A stretch of DNA of 30,696 nt from a virus (Duplodnaviria > Caudoviricetes), in the IMG/VR virus record IMGVR_UViG_3300025786_000006, positions 1 to 30,696 of that record; one strand, written 5' to 3'. Under the pieces are notes generated by a model. It worked only from the letters and a program-made list of their open reading frames with translations, made no database searches and was not told the origin of the DNA. Below are positions 1-8,407 of this stretch, in pieces (the stretch's first letter is position 1; every line of letters starts with the position of its first letter). Made by a program: the position numbers and the translations under genes.

Positions 1-64
1 TGTAAACGCGCAGCTAATCTGGGACAGTTTTGCAGCTAATCTGGGACAGTCTCAGATCAGATGA
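1..64. mobile_element. Right end (attR) of a Mu-like transposable phage with three transposase-binding sites
   Basis: Window starts 5'-TGT. GCAGCTAATCTGGGACAGT occurs at 10-28 and 32-50 (22-bp pitch). An inverted 14/19 copy lies at 46-64. Same layout as Mu R1,R2 (direct) and R3 (inverted), distal to the tail-fibre genes. Confidence 0.85.
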
Positions 65-79
65 TTCAAAATGGCCTTT

Positions 80-685
80 TCAGAAGGGGTAATCAACCCG
101 AATCGCCCGGTAATATTGCACTTTGTACTTCTCGCCAAAATATTTTAAGACAGCAGTCTCTGCCTGTTCTGGCGGAAGGTCAAACCAGATCACTTTTTTC
201 TCTTCTGCACTGTTCGTGTCCAACACGCCAGTCTTAAATCTTCCCTGATCCCATTGCCTAAATCCTAAAATGACATGATTGGCCCAAGCATTCCAAAGCT
301 GCTGAGTAGGGTCAATGATTAAATTCCAAATCCAAAACCCTTGCCCTGGCTTTGCTCCTGTGAGTCTAAACAGTGCATAGGCATAAACAGCAAAGTCATC
401 GCAGTCACAACTCCAATCACCCCAATTGCCTGTATCCAGGCATTTCTGAGTAACGCCTGGATGCGTGTAATAATCAAATAAAAGTGGATCTGCACGGTAC
501 GGGAGCTTTGATAGTTGGTTGTTAATGGCTTCAATGGTACTGGGATGTAAAAGACCATCCTGCCCAGCAGAACCAAGGAGTGGCATTGGCGCTTTCGGGT
601 AGTACACAGCCAGAGAAACCGACTTCTTTGCCTTTTCACGCAGAAAGGGCAGAACAAACCATTCAAGAAAGGGATCGAAACTCAT
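80..685 (-). CDS. Transglutaminase-like/BTLCP-like cysteine protease-fold protein
   Basis: Y-x-x-D...DYYTHP...CDCDDFA resembles the BTLCP DYW-x-TP...GDCEDYA motif. It is followed by NHVIL and VLDT (Cys-His-Asp order). ATGA overlap with the upstream gene. Confidence 0.65.
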   Translation of the reverse strand: MSFDPFLEWFVLPFLREKAKKSVSLAVYYPKAPMPLLGSAGQDGLLHPSTIEAINNQLSKLPYRADPLLFDYYTHPGVTQKCLDTGNWGDWSCDCDDFAVYAYALFRLTGAKPGQGFWIWNLIIDPTQQLWNAWANHVILGFRQWDQGRFKTGVLDTNSAEEKKVIWFDLPPEQAETAVLKYFGEKYKVQYYRAIRVDYPF

Positions 686-1122
686 GGTTTTTTCGGCGGG
701 TAGTCAGATTTAGTCACTTCCCAGGTATAGAGCTGAATAGCTGATGTTTCGACCATTTTGTCAACTTCTTTTTCAGCTCTATTTGAAGCCCTTCGGATGG
801 CTTCACGCTCACGTAAGACAAGCTCTGGCTCTTCACCCATTACCCCCAATTCAGCCCGCTCATGGGCGCGGGTAACACGCCAATCCAGATCAGAAATCAT
901 CTTGGCCGCTTCGTGCTTTATGCGGGCTTTGCGCTCTGTTTGAATGCGCTTTAAAGCACCTTCAAAGTCTTTCACAACGGAGCCATCAGCAGCTAACTTT
1001 AGATCAGATAGATCCTTCGGCAGTTCTTCTACTTCAACCACATTCCCCTCAATATGAGAGGTTTCGCCAGTTGCGCTGGCAATCAATTTGCCCGATTCAT
1101 CAAAAATAAGCTTCGGCATCAT
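682..1122 (-). CDS. Tail fibre assembly/chaperone-like protein
   Basis: Directly after the fibre gene. Helical C-terminus (DWRVTRAHER...REAIRRASN) typical of fibre chaperones. GGAG RBS. Confidence 0.6.
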   Translation of the reverse strand: MMPKLIFDESGKLIASATGETSHIEGNVVEVEELPKDLSDLKLAADGSVVKDFEGALKRIQTERKARIKHEAAKMISDLDWRVTRAHERAELGVMGEEPELVLREREAIRRASNRAEKEVDKMVETSAIQLYTWEVTKSDYPPKKP

Positions 1123-1129
1123 CTCACTC

Positions 1130-2260
1130 CTAACATGCGATATAAGTCATTTTCGTTTGATCTTTGTACCAGTCTCCAACCAAAGAAGTATTGTATGAAG
1201 CAATCGTAAAATTGTCGTATCCGACACTAATTGCAGCCCCGCCATCCAGATAAAGAGACATATTAGAAACATTCGATGAATCATAAAAACGAACAAACAA
1301 GCCTGAACCGGCATGGAATGAGACTGCAAAATTCCATACGTCACCATTTGTCTTGGTTACGACTGTTTTTAATGGCGATGAATACAGTGCATTTTTCGCT
1401 GTCGTGGAACCATTGATTGCTGAAATAGCAGTTGCTGAGCCCTTAATTGCAGTGAGAGCGGCACTACTTGCCGCCACTGTAGTCATTGCTGTTGAATTAG
1501 CGGCTACTGCCGCCATGGCCGTGGCACTCGCAACCATCGCATTCAGAGCTGCTGTACTGGCAATCATTGCTGCAAAAGCTGTTGAGTTAGCGGTTATTGC
1601 AGTCATAGCCGTGGCACTCGCAACCATCGCATTCAGGGCTGCTGTACTGGCAATCATTGCTGCAAAAGCTGTTGAGTTAGCGGTTATTGCAGTCATAGCC
1701 GTGGCACTCGCAACCATCGCATTCAGAGCTGCTGTACTGGCAATCATTGCTGCAAAAGCTGTTGAGTTAGCGGTTATTGCAGTCATGGCCGTGGCACTCG
1801 CAACCATCGCATTCAGGGCTGCTGTACTGGCTATCATTGCCGCAAAAGCTGAACTATTTGAGATCAGGGCACTAAATGCAGTTGCCTCACCTAAGACAGT
1901 GGTTATCGCGGTTGGATTGGCGGCTAAAATAGCCATTGCAGAAGAACTTCCCAACACTGTGTTATAGGGTGTTGAGCTGTAGAGCAGAGAGCGGAAAGCG
2001 TTCGTGTCCGACAAAAGACGATCAAAGGCCTCTTTATTGCTCAAATCCCCCAGCCAGGTATTCAGTTGAGCGCTTGTAAGCGTCTCAAGCAGACGCAGAG
2101 AAGAAGGATTCAGCATGTCAATTTCAGCCACTGAAGCAGCCATTTTGAACAAAGCACCTTTTACCAAAAGTTCATTGTCTGTGGCTGTAGATGGCGTGAA
2201 TGAGCTTATACGCCCTTCAATTTCTGTTAAAAAACCATTGCGAAATTCTGGAAACCCCAT
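1130..2260 (-). CDS. Putative tail fibre/receptor-binding protein with Ala-rich 10/30-aa repeats
   Basis: Position after baseplate/fibre genes. Repeated STAFAAMIASTAALNAMVASATAMTAITAN. Beta-rich aromatic C-terminal ~80 aa. Confidence 0.65.
   Translation of the reverse strand: MGFPEFRNGFLTEIEGRISSFTPSTATDNELLVKGALFKMAASVAEIDMLNPSSLRLLETLTSAQLNTWLGDLSNKEAFDRLLSDTNAFRSLLYSSTPYNTVLGSSSAMAILAANPTAITTVLGEATAFSALISNSSAFAAMIASTAALNAMVASATAMTAITANSTAFAAMIASTAALNAMVASATAMTAITANSTAFAAMIASTAALNAMVASATAMTAITANSTAFAAMIASTAALNAMVASATAMAAVAANSTAMTTVAASSAALTAIKGSATAISAINGSTTAKNALYSSPLKTVVTKTNGDVWNFAVSFHAGSGLFVRFYDSSNVSNMSLYLDGGAAISVGYDNFTIASYNTSLVGDWYKDQTKMTYIAC
1487..1851. repeat. Near-perfect 90-bp tandem repeat (3 full copies plus partial flanking copies)
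   Basis: GTGGCACTCGCAACCATCGCATTCAG starts at 1521, 1611, 1701 and 1791. Copies differ by 1-3 nt. Confidence 0.97.
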
Positions 2261-2269
2261 ATTTTCTCC

Positions 2270-2605
2270 TTACAGACCCGCAAGGGCCAAAGCTGTTATT
2301 TCGGCCAAAGCTGCATCAATCTGGCCTTGAATATCTGCGGCTGCAATCATCTGCTGAAGCTCAATCACTTGGGCTTGAGCGGCTGCCAGTTCAACCTGAG
2401 CAGCCGCCAATACAGGCACAACAGTCGCGTCGATGCGATCTAAGCCAAACTGCTGAATCTCTGAAATAGCTGTGTTCCAGTCCAATTTGAGCTGTTCGAG
2501 CTTATCCAAGCGGCTGTCCAGGTCTAGCCAGATCGGATTGAAGTACTCCTGGCCCAAGCGGGTCTGGGTATCCTTCATCTGGTAGCGAGGGTATTGCGTT
2601 GCCAT
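2270..2605 (-). CDS. Small coiled-coil tail-fibre-associated protein
   Basis: Heptad-like helical sequence between the two fibre-region genes. Confidence 0.6.
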   Translation of the reverse strand: MATQYPRYQMKDTQTRLGQEYFNPIWLDLDSRLDKLEQLKLDWNTAISEIQQFGLDRIDATVVPVLAAAQVELAAAQAQVIELQQMIAAADIQGQIDAALAEITALALAGL

Positions 2606-2616
2606 GCGTTTAACCC

Positions 2617-4863
2617 TTACAGAGCCAGGTCATAGCGTTCGGCTACATGCCAGGATTGACGCCAGCTTGTGGTTGAACCGGTTATTTCAATACTGTAGGC
2701 AGAGGTCGGAGCACCCAGCGTAAAATCGTACTCGCGCCAGCGAGAGCGGGTATCTACAATTTCATCACGGGAACTCGTTGCTGCGACAGGCGTTCCACCA
2801 ATAACCAACTGACAACCCGCAGTATGAACCAGCGGATCGAAGTCTTCGAGCAAAAGACGCACAATCACATGGCTACTGGGAGAGCCAAGAGCACGGGCTG
2901 TTGAATAATGGGTAAAGCTTGTGCCGATCCGGGAGACAATCACCTGAGAAGTAGATAATTGCAGACCTGGCATCAAGTCCGTGGTACCCACAAAGACCGC
3001 CCTGACAGGCAAAAGCGCGGGCAATGTCGCAATATTTTCAGCAGTTCCTGCTTTGATTGGGTACCAGATTCCACCCACTTGGTATTCCCAGAAAATCTGG
3101 GTACCATCAGGTGTAACTCCTTCATAGAGCAGATCCAAATCACCGATACCACCAGCCAGCTGGAGGGGTTGCATTTGAATCACTGATCTGGGAGTCGTAA
3201 ACTGGGCAAACTGCAAGCGCAGCATCAAATCACGGTCAGCAGCCTCATTAAAATAGGCTCCATCCTGAGCATACATCAGCACGCCCTGGGTATAATCGGT
3301 GCCTTGAGTAAAGCCCACGCGATGCTGTGCGCCTGAAACCAGAACAATGGCGTAGCGGCGGCCAGACTCAACAAAAACTGGGCGCGGAAAGGTGATTCGC
3401 GTCCAGCCCGCAGAGAGTGCATTGGCAGCCAGATCGAGCTTTGCAATGCCATGATTCAGATCAGGCTGGCCCTGGCTGGCATCCGTCAGAATCAGGGTCA
3501 ATCCACCGGCAGTATCCACACTGGTGAAATAAACATCAATGCTGGTCATCCAGCCTGTTTGCGCCATCAGCACGGTTTGAGCCAGGATTGAGCCCTGAAC
3601 TGTATGCGTACTGGTAATTGCATCCCAATAGGTTTCAGCATAAGTGGTATACCAGAATTGAGTTGCACGCACCTGACCTACTTGCAGAATCATGTTCTGA
3701 CGGTAAGCGGGATCGACTGTCCAGGTTTCTCCATTGATGCGGTAGATGCCGGTCATGGGGTCATAGATTCCACTGCGCCAAAATCCGCTATTCGTGCAAA
3801 GTGTGCGGGTTTCACCATACTGAATCCGCTCACGGCTCATGGTTCGCTGAATCATGCTTGTGGTTTGGTACTGGTACTGATTAATGGTCAGTTCACCAAC
3901 TTGGGTTTCCATGCGCAGGCGGGTGATTTCGTTATAGGCAGGGAGCAAGAAGTTATCTGTGCTGAGTTTTGCGGCTGGGTCAACCGGGTTCAGAAGCGAG
4001 AATGAAACCGTATCCTGAGCCGCAATGACAGGACGAACACCCTCTTGCAGTCGGGCACTATACCCCACAGCCCCAGTATCTGATTCGTCTTCGTTCAAGA
4101 AATGGTCTGCCCCGTAAAACACGTAGGCATCAGGAATTTCCAGGCGTTCTTTGACTCTGGCCATATCCATTGCCAACTGAAGCGCTTGCTGAATCGTCGC
4201 ACGGGCAGCAACAGCCTCACCCAGCCCAGCAATATCACTGATAATATGCGCAATGCGGGGCTCTGCGCTGGTAATCCAGCCCTCTGCTGTTTTCATACGG
4301 GTAGACAGATCTTGAAGATTGGGAAGATTAAAAGTCGAAGCCAGAATGACTTCCTGAATCCCAGAAGGTGAGAGGCGAACATGGGCAATCAAGGTGTAAC
4401 CTGTTGGGGGCGAAGGTTTTTCAGGAGTAGGAGACTCAAGACCTTGGGCAATGTGCGAGATCACCACACGGCGCTTTTGCATCGCAACGGCTTCGGGTTG
4501 GGTTTGCCCAGTTTGCAAGTCAATCAGAAAGTCACGGGGTTGGATATCTGTATCTTCTTCCTGTCCATACACTGAAACCGCCAGCCATTTCTGATCTTGC
4601 AGCGGCAGCATTGAGAAAACGCTGACCGTTTGAGTGGCGGCAAGGAAATAAACTTTGCCTGTGGTTCCATCGTATAAGCGGCCCTGAGCAATATCCAGCT
4701 CAGTGGCAGTGCGGGCCGTCGTTGTCAGCCCGATAAACTGACGCTCTGAGGTTACAGCATCCATCAATAGATGCTGTTGACCTTCATCTAGCCAGGTCTG
4801 AGTATTGAGCAGATCGGCTGCTTGAAGCTCCTGTCGGTCGCGATAAATGACTTGTTTTTCCAT
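2617..4863 (-). CDS. Large baseplate-attached tail fibre/wedge protein
   Basis: 748 aa, directly follows gpI-like gene. N-terminal RQELQAADLLNTQ baseplate-docking-type motif. Beta-rich C-terminal part. Confidence 0.7.
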   Translation of the reverse strand: MEKQVIYRDRQELQAADLLNTQTWLDEGQQHLLMDAVTSERQFIGLTTTARTATELDIAQGRLYDGTTGKVYFLAATQTVSVFSMLPLQDQKWLAVSVYGQEEDTDIQPRDFLIDLQTGQTQPEAVAMQKRRVVISHIAQGLESPTPEKPSPPTGYTLIAHVRLSPSGIQEVILASTFNLPNLQDLSTRMKTAEGWITSAEPRIAHIISDIAGLGEAVAARATIQQALQLAMDMARVKERLEIPDAYVFYGADHFLNEDESDTGAVGYSARLQEGVRPVIAAQDTVSFSLLNPVDPAAKLSTDNFLLPAYNEITRLRMETQVGELTINQYQYQTTSMIQRTMSRERIQYGETRTLCTNSGFWRSGIYDPMTGIYRINGETWTVDPAYRQNMILQVGQVRATQFWYTTYAETYWDAITSTHTVQGSILAQTVLMAQTGWMTSIDVYFTSVDTAGGLTLILTDASQGQPDLNHGIAKLDLAANALSAGWTRITFPRPVFVESGRRYAIVLVSGAQHRVGFTQGTDYTQGVLMYAQDGAYFNEAADRDLMLRLQFAQFTTPRSVIQMQPLQLAGGIGDLDLLYEGVTPDGTQIFWEYQVGGIWYPIKAGTAENIATLPALLPVRAVFVGTTDLMPGLQLSTSQVIVSRIGTSFTHYSTARALGSPSSHVIVRLLLEDFDPLVHTAGCQLVIGGTPVAATSSRDEIVDTRSRWREYDFTLGAPTSAYSIEITGSTTSWRQSWHVAERYDLAL

Positions 4864-4877
4864 GATGGGCTCCTGTT

Positions 4878-6083
4878 TTAATGGTTGGTAACACCGCCAG
4901 CCAGAACCGAACCGGCCAGAATATGGCCAGATCGAACGGGGCGGAAGGTCTTGGTATCAATGGCTATGCTGTCTGAAGCTCGGGCCGCCAGACGCATATT
5001 GGCCAGCAATCTTTGCAAAGGGGCGCGGTCGCCAGCGGCAACAGGCTGCCCCATAAATCTCCCGATTCTTGGGGAGCGTTTCCCAAAGAAAGCGACTTCA
5101 ACCTGGGCGCAATGCGGGGGCATGGTCAGCCGGGAATACCCCAGATGAGATGCTGCTTTAGCTCGGGTAACGGGGGCGCTCGGATCAAAGAGTTTGATTC
5201 TACGGTATTGGGCCAGAACCGCTTCCAGGTTGACCAGACAGCGGGGAAACTTACCCAGATAGCTTGCGCCTGGATTGGCAGGGCGAATCTCAGAAACCAT
5301 TTCCCCATCCGCATGAATAGGTTCCAAAGCAGGCTTAAGAGTGCGAATTCCAAGCGTTGAAGTCCTTTCTTGATAAAGTGCGACATCTTGCAAAACAATC
5401 CGACGATTGCTGGCATCAGTGGCCGCAACAAAGCGCAAAGGCCGCCCCAAAAATGAGGCATGACCCGCTTTGGAAGGAATGATTACCTCAGTAATAGCCT
5501 GCTTTTCAGCGCTGGCAATTTGCCAGTCTGGGCTTTCAAGCTCGGTCTGAAGCCCATTTTTAACCAGCGTAACCCGCAGGCGTGAGCGTACCAGGGCTTC
5601 AGACCGGGCTGGGTAACACTTGCCGCCCAGAAACTCAGAGCCCAGCATAGCCACCTGTTTGGTTCCCGGCAGGCGGCGGGTATAAATTCTTAGCTCAGGG
5701 TGCAAATTCAGCCAGGCATTGCGCTCTGCGACACTCGCCGCAGCGGAAAGAAAGGTTTTATTCGGGGGAGCGATGATTCGACGAACCTGACCCCCAGCTT
5801 CAGCAGCTTCGCGAATCAAGCCCGCAGGGGTACCCCGTGTTCTGAAGCGGGTATGAGCCGATTGAATCAAAGCTTTCCGCTCCTGATCGGATTGTGCAGA
5901 CTGCCAAGCCGCAGTTTCTGTAATGCCCAGCATTTCGGCGAGATAGGGCAAAATAGCGCTTTCAGTGGAATCGACATGCCAGACCGTGGCTTTCCAGCTT
6001 GGCAAATTGAAAAAACGATCTGTCAGCTTTGCAACGGGCAGCCAGCGTGAAGATTTTTCCAGAACAGGGGTGATGTCAGTCAA
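4878..6083 (-). CDS. Baseplate wedge protein, P2 gpI-like with long C-terminal extension
   Basis: LPYLAEMLG...RKALIQSAHTRFRTRGTPAGL matches the gpI motif (LPxLA...R.KGT). Follows J. Confidence 0.8.
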   Translation of the reverse strand: MTDITPVLEKSSRWLPVAKLTDRFFNLPSWKATVWHVDSTESAILPYLAEMLGITETAAWQSAQSDQERKALIQSAHTRFRTRGTPAGLIREAAEAGGQVRRIIAPPNKTFLSAAASVAERNAWLNLHPELRIYTRRLPGTKQVAMLGSEFLGGKCYPARSEALVRSRLRVTLVKNGLQTELESPDWQIASAEKQAITEVIIPSKAGHASFLGRPLRFVAATDASNRRIVLQDVALYQERTSTLGIRTLKPALEPIHADGEMVSEIRPANPGASYLGKFPRCLVNLEAVLAQYRRIKLFDPSAPVTRAKAASHLGYSRLTMPPHCAQVEVAFFGKRSPRIGRFMGQPVAAGDRAPLQRLLANMRLAARASDSIAIDTKTFRPVRSGHILAGSVLAGGVTNH

Positions 6084-7161
6084 GTTCGGCCTCCAGGAAA
6101 GCAGGCTCAGGCCAGCTCATGACCGCATACTGATGCGGTTCAATCGGGACATCGGCCCCAATCAAACCGACCCTTTTGATGGCTCCTGAATCTTGAATCT
6201 TGGCACTCAATTCAGACGCTACAAGGTCATAGCCCAATGTGTTTTTCAGCTTGTCTCTGTGCGCTTCGAGCACGGCCTGAGCAGATTGAAGCAGAGTTGC
6301 CACCAGAGCCCCTTTGCGGGGGGTGATCGTCACCAGAATCGGAGCCGCAATTGCTTCAGCAGCGACAACATCTACACGGTCAGTCAGTGGGCGGGAATCA
6401 TCAGCCCGCACAGCCTGATCGACATTGGCAACGATTTCAGCGCTGTCTCCATCCGTCAAAACAGCCAGGCGAACCCAGCCAGGTGCAACGATTTGCACAC
6501 TGACATCCACCACATGGCTGTCAGCAGTTAGGGCGATATAGCGATAGGCATTGCTTGAGCCCGCAGAGGGTTGGTTCATAGCCAAGAGCACGCGAACCCG
6601 AAAACGCTCAATATCCTCTATCAAAGCCCCACCACTGGAAGTGGTCAGATTGGTGACTGTAAGGCCCGTTTGAAGGGTATCAAAAGGCTCTTTAATCGTA
6701 CCTGGAAGGAACCCATTAAACTCAGGGCCTGCGGTATCTGCCTGGGCTTTGACCTGCACCGAAGTTTGACCAGCCAGAATCCATGCATCGGCCACAGAGG
6801 CAAAGATTGCGCCATTTGCAGCTTGAATGCGTGTACCCTTTGGGATTAAGGTAGGATTCACCAAGGGCAGTGAAAGCGAAAATTCAAGCGTGGTTTTGGC
6901 AAACTGGGCAGGTAAACGGTAGGTATTGACCAGTTCCCCAAGGTATTCCAGCATGGGAGACCTGGCATAGCGGGCCAGATTCTGACGGGCTGCATCGTTG
7001 ATGCTGGTTCTGAGCAAAGTTTCACGGTAGGCGATCAAATTAATTATGAGCTGTTCAATCTGGGCGGGATACAGGGTTTTCTCTGTGCTGGCCTCATAAG
7101 CGGCTTTCAGTTCATCGAGCACCTGAGTGGGGTTTTCATGAATGACTTGGGGTAGACTCAT
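6076..7161 (-). CDS. Baseplate J/gp47-like protein
   Basis: NDAARQNLARYA, AGSSNAYRY and RPLTDRVDV motifs. Start reassigned to MSLPQV (ATGA overlap with the upstream micro-ORF). Confidence 0.92.
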   Translation of the reverse strand: MSLPQVIHENPTQVLDELKAAYEASTEKTLYPAQIEQLIINLIAYRETLLRTSINDAARQNLARYARSPMLEYLGELVNTYRLPAQFAKTTLEFSLSLPLVNPTLIPKGTRIQAANGAIFASVADAWILAGQTSVQVKAQADTAGPEFNGFLPGTIKEPFDTLQTGLTVTNLTTSSGGALIEDIERFRVRVLLAMNQPSAGSSNAYRYIALTADSHVVDVSVQIVAPGWVRLAVLTDGDSAEIVANVDQAVRADDSRPLTDRVDVVAAEAIAAPILVTITPRKGALVATLLQSAQAVLEAHRDKLKNTLGYDLVASELSAKIQDSGAIKRVGLIGADVPIEPHQYAVMSWPEPAFLEAELD

Positions 7162-7268
7162 GCAGCACTCTCCAGACCACAATCCTGCTCATCTTCTTCA
7201 GGTTCTGTTTCGCAGGCGCAGCCACACCAAGAGCAGCAACAGCAGTTTAGGCAATCCGCAAAGGCCAT
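7158..7268 (-). CDS. 36-aa cysteine-rich acidic micro-protein MAFADCLNCCCCSWCGCACETEPEEDEQDCGLESAA (not in ORF track)
   Basis: Hand-translated. GAGGA RBS 7 nt upstream of ATG. Fills the W-J gap, and its TGA overlaps the J ATG (ATGA). Confidence 0.65.
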   Translation of the reverse strand: MAFADCLNCCCCSWCGCACETEPEEDEQDCGLESAA

Positions 7269-7278
7269 GCCGCAATCC

Positions 7279-7632
7279 TCACAGGATGGACGCATAGGGA
7301 TAAACCTCCACGCTTTGCTCTACACCATTGGCCAGTTTGAAATAAACTTGAATCAGAAGGCCAGAGAAATCTGTAATTCTGACCAGAACACGCTTAACAG
7401 TGCAGCGTGGCTCCCATTTGCGAATGGCCTCAACGGTTTCACGCACCACATGAGGACGGGCGCGGTCGATAGGATGATCAACATAATTGCGAAGATTGCT
7501 ACCAAAATCTGGGCGCAGAGGGTCAGAGCCCAGAGGGGTTTCAAGAATAATGCGGATGCACTGACGCACATCTTCAACCCCTTCGACAATTCCCTCGCCC
7601 TCTAAGCTGGGTTGCCAGTGCAGCGTACTCAT
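7279..7632 (-). CDS. Baseplate wedge protein gpW/gp25-like
   Basis: IRIILETPLGSDPLRPDFGS...AIRKWEPR signature. Start MSTLHW by ATGA overlap. Confidence 0.93.
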   Translation of the reverse strand: MSTLHWQPSLEGEGIVEGVEDVRQCIRIILETPLGSDPLRPDFGSNLRNYVDHPIDRARPHVVRETVEAIRKWEPRCTVKRVLVRITDFSGLLIQVYFKLANGVEQSVEVYPYASIL

Positions 7633-7832
7633 GGCCAAAACCAATGCCCAGGCGTGGGGGCCGTTGAATAAGGGGCGTTTGTCATAAACAAACCCTCAGG
7701 ATCGAGGATCAAGAGCGTAGCGGGATCTGTCAGTGACATGAGAAAAGCCCCGAAAACCTTAGGGGATTCGGTTTCAGAGGGTAAGGTCATGTAATTGACT
7801 GGCGCGGCCAGGGTTGGAATGGGTGTGCTCAT
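7629..7832 (-). CDS. 67-aa hypothetical protein between spike and gpW
   Basis: Start MSTPIP directly follows the duplicated promoter. Stop overlaps the gpW ATG. Confidence 0.6.
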   Translation of the reverse strand: MSTPIPTLAAPVNYMTLPSETESPKVFGAFLMSLTDPATLLILDPEGLFMTNAPYSTAPTPGHWFWP

Positions 7833-7885
7833 GCCCTTAGCATAGGGCTGAAAGCAAGGCAGCGTCGTGGTGACATAGTTCACAC
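7829..7885 (-). promoter_or_regulatory. Late promoter copy 1 (57-bp perfect repeat): activator box, -10 TATGCT, ATG 6 nt later
   Basis: Identical to 18938-18994. On - it reads GTGTGAACTATGTCACCACGAC-N19-TATGCT-AAGGGC-ATG. Confidence 0.75.
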
Positions 7886-7897
7886 CGGGGGAATGGG

Positions 7898-8407
7898 TCA
7901 GGGTTGTGGCTGGAGAATCAGTTTACCCTGAATCAGAATATTATTCACCTTTGTCAAAGGGGCATCAATCGTCACCAATATGCCCTTGATGGTCACATTC
8001 TGGCCCTCGACCGTCACCGGCCCAGTGGCTTTGATGGTGATTTCACCCTGGGCATCCACCTTGAGCTTGTGCTCAGAGCGATCATACTCAATCACAGTAC
8101 CATCTTTAAACTTGCGATGAAACTTGTCTTTTGACTTGACCGGCGGGGTGTCTTCTTCAGAATAAACCGCCCCGATGATAATCCCCTCTTCGCCCCTGGT
8201 ATCCAGGAGCAAAGCAACCTGTGTCCCTATATCCACAGTGTCCAGAGCCTTATCGTCCTGAGAAACAGAAACAGGAAGAGGCAACCAATGGGTCAGCATA
8301 TCATCGAGATCGGGAAGCCTGACCTTGACCTGGTAGGTCTCTTCGTCAAATTCTTCAATCAGACCATAGCGAAGGGTGACAGCAGACTCTTTCAGGGTTT
8401 CATTCAT
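7898..8407 (-). CDS. Baseplate spike gpV/Mu gp45-like
   Basis: VKVRLPDLDDMLTHWLP, GTQVALLLD...GIIIGAVYS and FKDGTVIEYDRSEH motifs. Confidence 0.92.
   Translation of the reverse strand: MNETLKESAVTLRYGLIEEFDEETYQVKVRLPDLDDMLTHWLPLPVSVSQDDKALDTVDIGTQVALLLDTRGEEGIIIGAVYSEEDTPPVKSKDKFHRKFKDGTVIEYDRSEHKLKVDAQGEITIKATGPVTVEGQNVTIKGILVTIDAPLTKVNNILIQGKLILQPQP

Noticed and set aside
10-50. Direct repeats as a mini-CRISPR or iterons
   Set aside because: Only 3 nt between copies and no cas or rep gene. The layout fits transposase sites.
1353-1967. 204-aa hydrophobic + strand ORF
   Set aside because: Antisense shadow of the Ala/Thr repeat codons of the fibre gene.
1130-4863. Diversity-generating retroelement or invertible fibre segment
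   Set aside because: No reverse transcriptase, no adenine-variant TR/VR pair, no invertase and no inverted fibre cassette seen in the window.
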